Source: Candidatus Omnitrophota bacterium
GTDB taxonomy: Bacteria; Omnitrophota; Gorgyraeia; Gygaellales; Profunditerraquicolaceae
DNA: 41,913 bases
Direction: 5' to 3'
Assembly (NCBI GenBank): GCA_016931435.1
Contig: JAFGET010000109.1
Coordinates: forward strand, 1-41,913
Shown here: one piece after another, positions 1 through 7,139 of the stretch
Numbering within the stretch: the stretch's first letter is position 1
Layout of the letters: each line of letters opens with the position of its first letter
Program-made: the position numbers and the translations under genes
Notes under the pieces: model-generated
Seen by the model: the letters and a program-made list of their open reading frames with translations, nothing else
What the model was told of the DNA's origin: nothing
The model's database searches: none

Positions 1-455
1 AACTTATAGAAGTAGGTTATTAAAAAACCTACGTCAAAATAATGCCCGGTACTTAATTCTTCAAGTTTCTTCCACCGCGCCTCATCCAATAATTTTTCAG
101 CTTCTACGACCGAGGGCGTTCTTACTGCCTGCTGCGCGATCTGCTCAAAAAATACCCCTTCTTCCTGCCCGGGGCGCAGATATACTGTTGCATCAATATG
201 CTTGCGGCTTGCGCGCGCCTTAGCCAAAGCATTACGTAGGGCAACATCAAAAACAACCCATTTCCCTGTTATCGGATGCCGAAAAGTTTTCTTTGCATAA
301 TCATCACTTTCAGGCAGATCCCTCAATATATCGGAATCGCTATCAGGGATGAACTCCGAACATAGCCTTAAGAAACTGCTTTTTAAAAACGGGGGCTTCA
401 TTCCAAAATTAAGCATGGGGAGACTTGAAATCAAATAAGGATAAAAATCAGCCAT
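1..455 (-). CDS. V-type ATPase operon-associated protein, DUF2764-like (3' end cut by window edge)
   Basis: Absent from the ORF track because it runs off the window. Minus-strand ATG at 455..453, directly after the stop of the upstream subunit-E-like gene. My translation starts MADFYPYLISSLPMLNFGMKPPFLKSSFLRLCSEF and stays open to position 1. The N-terminal Y-x-L-x-x-LP-x-L pattern and the position after subunit E recall DUF2764 proteins of bacterial V-ATPase operons. Confidence 0.45.
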   Translation of the reverse strand, partial: MADFYPYLISSLPMLNFGMKPPFLKSSFLRLCSEFIPDSDSDILRDLPESDDYAKKTFRHPITGKWVVFDVALRNALAKARASRKHIDATVYLRPGQEEGVFFEQIAQQAVRTPSVVEAEKLLDEARWKKLEELSTGHYFDVGFLITYFYK

Positions 456-456
456 T

Positions 457-1062
457 CTATTTTATCGCTTGCTCCAATAGGTCTTTGAGTTTTGGCTTAA
501 GGTAACTGCCTATATATTCAGAGATAGCCTTATCGGTAAACTCAAACTGGGATTTACCCGCGTCAAAACTTATCAAAAAACCCTTATTTACCTGTTGCGA
601 AGGGCGCAAAATAATCTCTTTTTTAACCTGCTCTTTTAATTTAGCCAGCGCGCCTTTTTCCAGAGCCTGAGCGTCTTTTTCATTCAAGGTAATAGTTACT
701 CCTTGCATAGTAGTGTTTTGATTTTTCAATAGCTCGGAAATCACTTTTATGATTATCTCCGGAGTAAATGCGGATTCTGTTTCCTGACGGATTATTTTAT
801 CCAGCGTAAGGCCGATCTCCTGCCTAAGCGCTAAAAGCATGTCCCTGGCCGCCTGAGCCAAAAGCGCCTTTTCTTTGGCGTCTTCCTGGGCAATTCTATC
901 TTTTGCCTCATCCAAAAGGCGCTGACTTTCTTTTTTAGCCTGCGATATTATTTCCTCAGAGCCCTTTTTAGCCTCGGCTATGATCACAGCCGCTTTTTCT
1001 TCTGCTGCCTTTATTCCTTCCTGGTTTATCTTTTCAATCAAGCCCTTGATATCCTCTGCCAT
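457..1062 (-). CDS. V/A-type ATP synthase subunit E-like protein
   Basis: 201 aa. The N-terminal half is a Lys/Glu/Ala-rich coiled coil (IEKINQEGIKAAEEKAAVIIAEAKKGSEEIISQAKKE) followed by a globular C-terminal half. This is the typical layout of V-type ATPase subunit E. It is followed immediately by a DUF2764-like gene. Confidence 0.55.
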   Translation of the reverse strand: MAEDIKGLIEKINQEGIKAAEEKAAVIIAEAKKGSEEIISQAKKESQRLLDEAKDRIAQEDAKEKALLAQAARDMLLALRQEIGLTLDKIIRQETESAFTPEIIIKVISELLKNQNTTMQGVTITLNEKDAQALEKGALAKLKEQVKKEIILRPSQQVNKGFLISFDAGKSQFEFTDKAISEYIGSYLKPKLKDLLEQAIK

Positions 1063-1071
1063 ATTTTACTC

Positions 1072-1764
1072 CTATGGATTAAGCTGCCGCTTTATCGCTT
1101 CTATCGCCTTAAGCGGTTCTTTTGCTTTTAAGACCGGACGGCCCACGACAATATAATCAACTCCCGATGAGGCCGCAAAACCAGGTGTTGCGCTACGGCT
1201 CTGGTCGTCTCTCGAATCACCTTTCATGCGTATCCCGGGGCAGACTATAAGAAAATCCCTTCCCAGATGCTTTCTCATCAATACTGCTTCGCCAGCGGAA
1301 CAAACTACCCCTGACAAACCGCATCTTTTAGCCATGCGAGCCAGATAAAGCGCTTCTTCGGCCAAGCTGCGGGTAATCTTTAGATCTTTTAAGAAGCGCG
1401 CGCCGATACTGGTCAATATAGTAACTCCCAAAGCCTTAGTTTTATTTTTTGCGCAAGCCGAAGCTACTGCTTCCAGCGCCGCGGGACCTGATAAAGTATG
1501 CACGGTAAACATCGAAACCTTGTATTTAAGAAGCTCTTTCGTCGCATCAGCCATGGTGTTAGGTATATCATTAAACTTAAGGTCTAAAAATACCCTTGCG
1601 CCTGTTTTTTCTATATCGCGCACAATCGAAGGCCCCCCGGCAGTATAAAGTTTAAGGCCGACCTTAAATATTCCGACTTCAGGATAAAGCCTTTTTACCC
1701 AGCGCATTGCCTCAGCGCGAGTATCCACATCCAGGGCCAGGATGATCTGCGGTGTTTTTTTCAT
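1072..1764 (-). CDS. pyrF: orotidine 5'-phosphate decarboxylase
   Basis: ILALDV near the N-terminus and the LDLKFNDIPNT motif. 230 aa. Its start overlaps the pyrD stop by 4 nt. Confidence 0.9.
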   Translation of the reverse strand: MKKTPQIILALDVDTRAEAMRWVKRLYPEVGIFKVGLKLYTAGGPSIVRDIEKTGARVFLDLKFNDIPNTMADATKELLKYKVSMFTVHTLSGPAALEAVASACAKNKTKALGVTILTSIGARFLKDLKITRSLAEEALYLARMAKRCGLSGVVCSAGEAVLMRKHLGRDFLIVCPGIRMKGDSRDDQSRSATPGFAASSGVDYIVVGRPVLKAKEPLKAIEAIKRQLNP

Positions 1765-2687
1765 ATGTTAAGGGCTCCTGTAATTTTACGGATATCCCTG
1801 ATCTTATTTGCGGATAAATATTTTTTGATTCCCTCGATGATCTCTAGGCTAGTCTTAGGATTTATAAAGTTCCCTGTACCTACTGCCACAGCAGATGCGC
1901 CGGCTAAGAAAAATTCAATGGCGCTTTCAGTATCAATAATTCCGCCTAAACCAATAAGAGGTATTTTAACTTTCCGGTAAGCCTCCCAAACCATACGCAG
2001 CGCAACCGGCCGTATCGCCGGGCCGCTTAAGCCTCCGGTGATCGCAGCGAGCTTAGGCTTCTTGTTTAAAATATCTATGCTCATGGCGCCGAGCGTATTG
2101 ATCAATGAAAGCGTATCAGAACCGGCATTTTCTGCGGCCATTGCGATCTTAGTAATATCCGTGACATTGGGAGAAAGCTTTGTGATCAGGGTCTTTTTGG
2201 TAGCCTTACGCACTTTCTTTACCAGGTCGTAGGTAGCCTTGGGATCCTGGGCGATCAACTTTTCACTTTTCCTTTTTGATCCTGCTTTTTTGATGTTCGG
2301 GCAGGATATGTTCAGCTCTATTGCCGAAACAAAATATTCTTTATCCAGTCTTTTTGCTAAAGTTATGAATTCATCCGGACTATCTTCTGAAGCTATGCTT
2401 ACGATAATAGGGACTTTTAATTTTTTAAGGTAATCGGATTTCTTTTTTAAAAAATCCTCTATCCCGGGATTTTCAAGCCCGATAGAATTAAGCATGCCTG
2501 CGGGAGTTTCGCAGGTGCGCGGCATAGGATTGCCCGGCCTTGGCTTTAAAGTAATAGTCTTTGTAATAACAGCTCCCAGCTTCCTTAAATCCATGAAACC
2601 AGAGAACTCTTCGGCGTAACCGAAAGTACCCGAGGCAACCATTACCGGATTTTTAAGCTTTAATTTTCCTAAATTGACCGCCATCAT
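1761..2687 (-). CDS. pyrD: dihydroorotate dehydrogenase, class 1B catalytic subunit
   Basis: NPVMVASGTFG, LNSIGLENPG and ELNISCPN (catalytic Cys of class 1). 308 aa. A PyrK partner is present in the same gene string. Confidence 0.9.
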   Translation of the reverse strand: MMAVNLGKLKLKNPVMVASGTFGYAEEFSGFMDLRKLGAVITKTITLKPRPGNPMPRTCETPAGMLNSIGLENPGIEDFLKKKSDYLKKLKVPIIVSIASEDSPDEFITLAKRLDKEYFVSAIELNISCPNIKKAGSKRKSEKLIAQDPKATYDLVKKVRKATKKTLITKLSPNVTDITKIAMAAENAGSDTLSLINTLGAMSIDILNKKPKLAAITGGLSGPAIRPVALRMVWEAYRKVKIPLIGLGGIIDTESAIEFFLAGASAVAVGTGNFINPKTSLEIIEGIKKYLSANKIRDIRKITGALNI

Positions 2688-2772
2688 ATCATTTCCAGAG
2701 TTTCCAGTAACCCCACCTCTGGGGCTACTGTATATTCAACGAGTTCCTGGGACGGAACCCGGCAACCGTAGC

Positions 2773-3132
2773 CTATTTGGCGAAAATCATGCGCAAAGAA
2801 ACAAATAGAAGAAAAATACCGAACATTCTTTTTAGTAAAGGGTCGGATATGTTCTGCGCCCAATTGGCTCCGATCAAGCCGCCGATGAAAAAACCTATGC
2901 AGATAAAAACGGCTAAGTTCAGTTTTATATTCCCGGCATAATAATAACGCAAGGCGGCCAATAATCCAATAGGGGGAACCATGATCGCCAGGGTTGTCCC
3001 CTGCGCCTGATGCTGTGTCAGGCCAAAAAGAAAAACCAAAGCCGGGATCAAAATTGTCGCTCCTCCAATACCGAACAATCCGCCGCAAATACCCGCGGCC
3101 AACCCTAATAGAATATACAGCAGTTGATTCAT
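2773..3132 (-). CDS. TauE/SafE (DUF81) family small membrane protein
   Basis: Gly-rich TM helices: LLGLAAGICGGLFGIGGATILIPALVFLFGL. I prefer the ATG at 3132 (MNQLLYIL), which is preceded by GGGAGGG-tatat. The ORF-track start at 3162 reads into the repeat spacer. Confidence 0.65.
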   Translation of the reverse strand: MNQLLYILLGLAAGICGGLFGIGGATILIPALVFLFGLTQHQAQGTTLAIMVPPIGLLAALRYYYAGNIKLNLAVFICIGFFIGGLIGANWAQNISDPLLKRMFGIFLLFVSLRMIFAK

Positions 3133-3278
3133 ATATACCCTCCCGTGAATCTCAAATATCAAAATCCAAATGACAAATGAATCTTAAAAATCCCAATAAC
3201 AAATATTAAAATAAATCATTTTAAAATTTGGAATTAAAGAATCGGCTTGGATTTTTGTATTTGACATTTGGATTTTCA
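3133..3278. repeat. AT-rich inverted pair of heptanucleotide-periodic arrays (spacer A)
   Basis: caaaatccaaatgacaaa (3160..3177) is the reverse complement, with 1 mismatch, of tttgacatttggatttt (3260..3276). There is 7-nt phasing on both arms (tatcaaa|atccaaa|tgacaaa; ttggatt|tttgtat|ttgacat|ttggatt). The 17-mer recurs exactly at 31548..31564. Confidence 0.8.
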
Positions 3279-4427
3279 TTAGAAACTGGGCTCTATGCAT
3301 AATATCTTATATTTCTTAAAGTCCTTTAAGCCCCCCTGGATAAAACTCAAATTAGTAAGGTATTTCATCTTACCCCAGACCCAGAACTTATCCTTTGGCT
3401 CCATATCAAAGTTCCATTTTACATACTGAAAAGAATAATGCACAGCCAGGACCAAAAACGCAAGAGTAACCGCCTTCCATAATATTCCCGGCAGGATAAA
3501 ACTAAGGGCCAGGCCCAAGATGAAGAAGATCGCATATATATGCATAAGATAAAAATTTCCTATATACACAAAGCCCTTCATAGGAAAAGGCAGGATAAAA
3601 GAGGGCGTGCCTTTTAGATTCTGGAATATGACCTCAAGTCCGTTCTTCTTGACATATTTTTCGATCAAAGGAAGATGCGCCTGGCCATAGGTCACCCAGA
3701 CCTTTCGTAAGGCCTTTAAGTCCGCGCGGTGCATATGGTCTACTTTTGCCTTGGGAGCAAAATAAAACTTATAGCCGTGCCTCCTGCATTCATAGCTTAG
3801 ATTCATATCTTCGCCTGTTGGCCTATCCCAAAATTTCACTCCGATATCTTCCATTGCTTTGCGCCTATAAGCGACATTGCAGGTGCCGAAGAAATACCCT
3901 TTATGCCCTCCGATATCCGAGGGCAGGGGCTCCTTAGGGAAATCCGGATAATAGCCTTCCTTGATAAAACCGTAGCGGGGTGAGACCATATTGAACCTGA
4001 AGTGCTGGCACCATGCCTCAACCAGATTATCAGGGTCAACTTTTAAGGTATAAACTTCTCCGCCTACTGCCGCGATATTCGGATCGGCGTCAAAATGCTT
4101 AAGCATCTCCTTGAGCCAATCCGAACAGGGGGCGCAGTCTGCGTCAGTAAAGAAAAGGAATTCGCCCTTGACTACTTCCAGGGCTTTATTTCGCGCAAAG
4201 CCCGGAGAGGGGCAATTAGGGATCTCTACCAACTTTATGAAAGGATATTTCTTTTGCCAATCTTTAATAATAGGTATAGTTTTATCGTTTGAGCCGCCGT
4301 CTGCGATCACCCATTCCCAGGATGCACGCGGGTAATCTACGTTCAGCAGGTATTCAAAAGTCTTCTCGATAGTACGCTCAAAATTTTTCACCGGGATGAT
4401 GATTGAAACAAACGGCACCGTAGGCAT
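3279..4427 (-). CDS. family 2 glycosyltransferase with C-terminal TM segments
   Basis: VSIIIPVKNFERTIEKTFEYLLNVDYP...ADGGSNDKT and FTDADCAP (DxD). Hydrophobic C-terminal third. I prefer the ATG at 4427 (MPTVPFVSIIIP) with AGGAGG 6 nt upstream. The track's GTG at 4451 lies inside the upstream hairpin element. Confidence 0.8.
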   Translation of the reverse strand: MPTVPFVSIIIPVKNFERTIEKTFEYLLNVDYPRASWEWVIADGGSNDKTIPIIKDWQKKYPFIKLVEIPNCPSPGFARNKALEVVKGEFLFFTDADCAPCSDWLKEMLKHFDADPNIAAVGGEVYTLKVDPDNLVEAWCQHFRFNMVSPRYGFIKEGYYPDFPKEPLPSDIGGHKGYFFGTCNVAYRRKAMEDIGVKFWDRPTGEDMNLSYECRRHGYKFYFAPKAKVDHMHRADLKALRKVWVTYGQAHLPLIEKYVKKNGLEVIFQNLKGTPSFILPFPMKGFVYIGNFYLMHIYAIFFILGLALSFILPGILWKAVTLAFLVLAVHYSFQYVKWNFDMEPKDKFWVWGKMKYLTNLSFIQGGLKDFKKYKILCIEPSF

Positions 4428-4439
4428 CTTAACCCTCCT

Positions 4440-4587
4440 AAATGAGGCCACAACTTATGGAGCGAACAAAGTGAGCTAGCACCCGGCTTTATTAGATCAG
4501 CCGGTGCGCCGCTTACCGCAAAGCGGACACCCCCTGATGTTACGGGTGGGGTGTTTCTGTGACGACATAAGTTGTTGGGCCGAATTT
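4440..4587. other. structured non-coding element, copy P (closing stem plus three internal hairpins); related to 39979..40041
   Basis: Closing stem ggccacaacttatg (4446..4459) pairs with cataagttgttgggcc (4566..4581). Internal hairpins: gcacccggc/gccggtgc, ccgctt/aagcgg and acacccc/ggggtgt. Flanks aaatgaggc and gccgaattt are shared with the gyrA-upstream copy. No ORF is conserved between the copies. Confidence 0.55.
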
Positions 4588-4589
4588 AT

Positions 4590-4639
4590 ACATTACCTGC
4601 GAGAAAATTCCCATAGAATTTTCGAGCGTTAGGTAATGT
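4590..4639. other. long imperfect hairpin in the pyrK-GT2 spacer
   Basis: acattacct (4590..4598) pairs with aggtaatgt (4631..4639). Inner stem gagaaaattc/gaattttcgag around the loop ccata. No U-tract on either strand, so this is not a canonical terminator. Confidence 0.5.
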
Positions 4640-4719
4640 ACTATCTTATTGCCATAACTTACTCCTACCGACAGGCAGGCCGCGCTAGTGGGAACTCCGA
4701 GCATGCGAAGAGATATCTC

Positions 4720-5553
4720 CTACCACACTACTTCCCTTGCATCAAAAACCGGCCCATCCTTACATACTCTTCTATATTCAAAATCGATTTTACCTTTTGA
4801 CTTTTGCGTTTTAAGTTTCACAACGCAGCCTAAGCATGCGCCTATCCCACAGGCCATATGCTCTTCTAAAGAAACCTGGGTATTTATATTACGCCGCGCA
4901 GATAGTACGGAGAGCGCTTTCAGCATAGGCCTGGGGCCGCAGGCATAGATGATCGATGGCCGAAGGCCGAAGTCCGATAACATTTTTTTTAATAACTCCG
5001 TAACGGTACCCTTAAAACCGCCAGAGCCGTCATCAGTAGCGATCCTTACCTCATAACCCATCTTCTTAAATTCTTGCTCGCAAAGAACCTGTTTCTTGGT
5101 CTTGGCGCCGATCAAAACTAAATTTTTGATTTTTGATTTTTGATTTTTGATTTCCTTTATTTTTCCTGCAAGGAAAAATAAAGGAGCGACCCCCATGCCT
5201 CCTGCAACTAAAATTATTTTCCCCTGTGACAGCTTAGGCTGATAACTGAAACCGTTGCCTAGCGGCCCGATTATATCAAGGTAATTACCTGCGCGGATGC
5301 GCGAAAGTAGCCGCGTGCCTTTCCCCTTGATCTCATAAAGGATTTCGATATGCTTTCCGGAAATCCGATTTATGCTAAACGGCCTTCTTAAAAACGGCTC
5401 TATCTTCTCGGTAACCTTGATTTCTAAAAACTGTCCAGGCAAGGCTTCTTTTACGATCTGGGGACAGAATAAGATTATTCTATAATATTTTGGCGCAACT
5501 TCAATATTTTTAATTACTTTTGCTTTTGTTTGCATAATCTTGCCCAAGGGCAA
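4720..5553 (-). CDS. pyrK: dihydroorotate dehydrogenase electron-transfer subunit (FAD / 2Fe-2S)
   Basis: RRPFSI (FAD-binding), GGMGVAPL, and the C-terminal cluster motif CGIGACLGC...C. An alternative start at 5535 (MQTKAKV) is possible. Either start overlaps the upstream gene's end. Confidence 0.85.
   Translation of the reverse strand: MPLGKIMQTKAKVIKNIEVAPKYYRIILFCPQIVKEALPGQFLEIKVTEKIEPFLRRPFSINRISGKHIEILYEIKGKGTRLLSRIRAGNYLDIIGPLGNGFSYQPKLSQGKIILVAGGMGVAPLFFLAGKIKEIKNQKSKIKNLVLIGAKTKKQVLCEQEFKKMGYEVRIATDDGSGGFKGTVTELLKKMLSDFGLRPSIIYACGPRPMLKALSVLSARRNINTQVSLEEHMACGIGACLGCVVKLKTQKSKGKIDFEYRRVCKDGPVFDAREVVW
5123..5150. repeat. perfect 4x tandem heptamer (tttttga) inside pyrK coding sequence
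   Basis: tttttga x4 at 5123..5150, followed by ttt. On the sense strand atcaaaa x4 encodes EIKNQKSKIKN. Confidence 0.95.
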
Positions 5554-6244
5554 CCGTCCTTTTGCTCAAATAAATGGCTAATATTAGAAACAATATAAAT
5601 ATAAGGACGATGATCACAGTCTCCTGGAAATATGTCCTTAGCCCATTATTTACGATATCTTCCCAAGATTCAACAAAAATAGTCATTAATAACACGATTA
5701 ATATGGGAGCGATCTCTTTCTTTAGCCAAGAGACTTTTAAAGGCAGATACTCTGCTATATCTTTATCCAGCAATAAAGATAAAGAAGGAAGCAAACGAGG
5801 GACGCGCTTTTTATAATCCCGGTAATCTTCAGGAAAAATATCCATTAATTTCTTTTCTTCTTTAATAATCAAAGCCGCATACCTAAAAAGGAAGGCCGCA
5901 AGAAAAATGGACGATACCCACCACTTAAATAATACCAGCACTATACCCAGGCCGATCAAAATTATCCCCAGATACATGGGGTTACGCACAAGCATATAGG
6001 GGCCGTCTTTGATCAAAGAGCGGCCGTTAGCTGAATGCTCGGCCTTAAAGCCCCTGGCTGAAACCCTGATTAATTGGCCCAGAAGAAGAAAAGTAAACCC
6101 TGCTATTTCTGCAATCTGATCGAAAGAGCGCAGCGAGGTGTGGCGGATGAAGACTTCCGGGAAAACCACTACCAATAATAAAGCGCAAAACATCACAAAT
6201 CCGTTTACCTTGATCCGTTTTTTCATTATGATTATCTTTGGCAC
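5510..6244 (-). CDS. isoprenylcysteine carboxyl methyltransferase (ICMT/PEMT-like) family membrane protein
   Basis: GPYMLVRNPMYLGIILIGLGIVL matches the GPY-x-x-R(N/H)PMY-x-G signature of this family. Multiple TM helices. There is an extra C-terminal TM region. The start may instead be MKKRIK at 6226. Confidence 0.65.
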   Translation of the reverse strand: MPKIIIMKKRIKVNGFVMFCALLLVVVFPEVFIRHTSLRSFDQIAEIAGFTFLLLGQLIRVSARGFKAEHSANGRSLIKDGPYMLVRNPMYLGIILIGLGIVLVLFKWWVSSIFLAAFLFRYAALIIKEEKKLMDIFPEDYRDYKKRVPRLLPSLSLLLDKDIAEYLPLKVSWLKKEIAPILIVLLMTIFVESWEDIVNNGLRTYFQETVIIVLIFILFLILAIYLSKRTVALGQDYANKSKSN

Positions 6245-7032
6245 TTAGGGCAAAAATAGGTGCCTCTTCCTCCCAGGGCTATCCTTTTTATCGGAGTCTT
6301 ACAAATAAAACAAGGCTTTCCTAAACGGTCATATACCCTATGGAATTTTACATAATTACCGGGCTTACCCGTAACTCGCACGTACTGATCAACCGAAGAG
6401 CCTTTATGTTTTATGGCGTCCTTCAATATCCCTATTATGGTTTTATAAAGCAGCCGTTTTTCTTTATCGGATAGGCTAAAAGCCTGTCTGCCCGGATAGA
6501 TCCCGGCTCTAAAAAGAGCCTCTGCCGCATAGAGGTTGCCTATTCCGGAAATAAAAGACTGGTCCAATAAAAGAGGCTTGATTCTGGCTTTTTTCCCTGA
6601 GACCATTTTTATAAATTCTTCTTCGCTTATGGCAAAAGGTTCAGGGCCTAAGTTTTGGATAAATTTAAGCTCTTTCCAATCATCCAGGAGCCTTAACTCA
6701 GCGAATAACCTCTGGTCATTAAAATCCAGGTATTTGCCGCCCGATAGAAGAAAGCTTACCCGGCTCGATTTTCCGTCTCCCGGATAGACTAATTGCCCGG
6801 TCATCTTCAAATGAATTACCAGCGATTTTCCGTTTGATAGCTCCAGTATCAAGACCTTCGCCTTACGTAATATATTTTTGATAAGCCGGCCTTCGACGCC
6901 TTTTTTGAATTGATCCGCAGGAGGTTCTCTTATGACAACGGGGCGATGGATACATACTCGCGTTATTCTTTTCCCCAGAACAGTTTTTTGTAATTCCCGT
7001 TTGATTGTTTCAACTTCCGGCAGCTCAGGCAT
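6232..7032 (-). CDS. mutM: formamidopyrimidine-DNA glycosylase
   Basis: MPELPEVETI N-terminus (catalytic Pro2), an H2TH region, and the C-terminal zinc finger CFICKTPIKR...CPKCQ. Confidence 0.9.
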   Translation of the reverse strand: MPELPEVETIKRELQKTVLGKRITRVCIHRPVVIREPPADQFKKGVEGRLIKNILRKAKVLILELSNGKSLVIHLKMTGQLVYPGDGKSSRVSFLLSGGKYLDFNDQRLFAELRLLDDWKELKFIQNLGPEPFAISEEEFIKMVSGKKARIKPLLLDQSFISGIGNLYAAEALFRAGIYPGRQAFSLSDKEKRLLYKTIIGILKDAIKHKGSSVDQYVRVTGKPGNYVKFHRVYDRLGKPCFICKTPIKRIALGGRGTYFCPKCQR

Positions 7033-7077
7033 CGCTTCGTTCTCCTCGTCGATTGGATCTAAATCTTAAGGCTCAAA

Positions 7078-7139
7078 ACTAAAAACTTTCGGCCCCGTAT
7101 CTTCATTTTTACTTTTACCTTTTGCCTTTTGCCTTTTTA
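7078..7139. repeat. heptamer-periodic T-rich run and small inverted repeat spanning the carB stop (spacer D)
   Basis: cttttac|cttttgc|cttttgc|cttttta at 7112..7139 covers the carB stop (7115..7117) and encodes the last residues, KKAKGKR. aaaactaaaaac (7077..7088) is an imperfect inverse of atttttactttt (7105..7116). Confidence 0.7.

Noticed and set aside
2684-3088. A 134-aa minus-strand ORF overlapping the TauE gene in another frame.
   Set aside because: The alternative frame (2773..3132) gives a coherent Gly-rich multi-TM DUF81 protein with a strong SD. This ORF gives an Arg/Gly/Phe-rich product with no features.
4440-4587. Assignment of the structured element to a known RNA class (SRP/4.5S, 6S, tmRNA, RNase P, riboswitch).
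   Set aside because: None of the signature strings I know (for example GGAAGCAGCC of SRP, GAGGAAAGUCC of RNase P, or a tRNA-like 3' end) are present.
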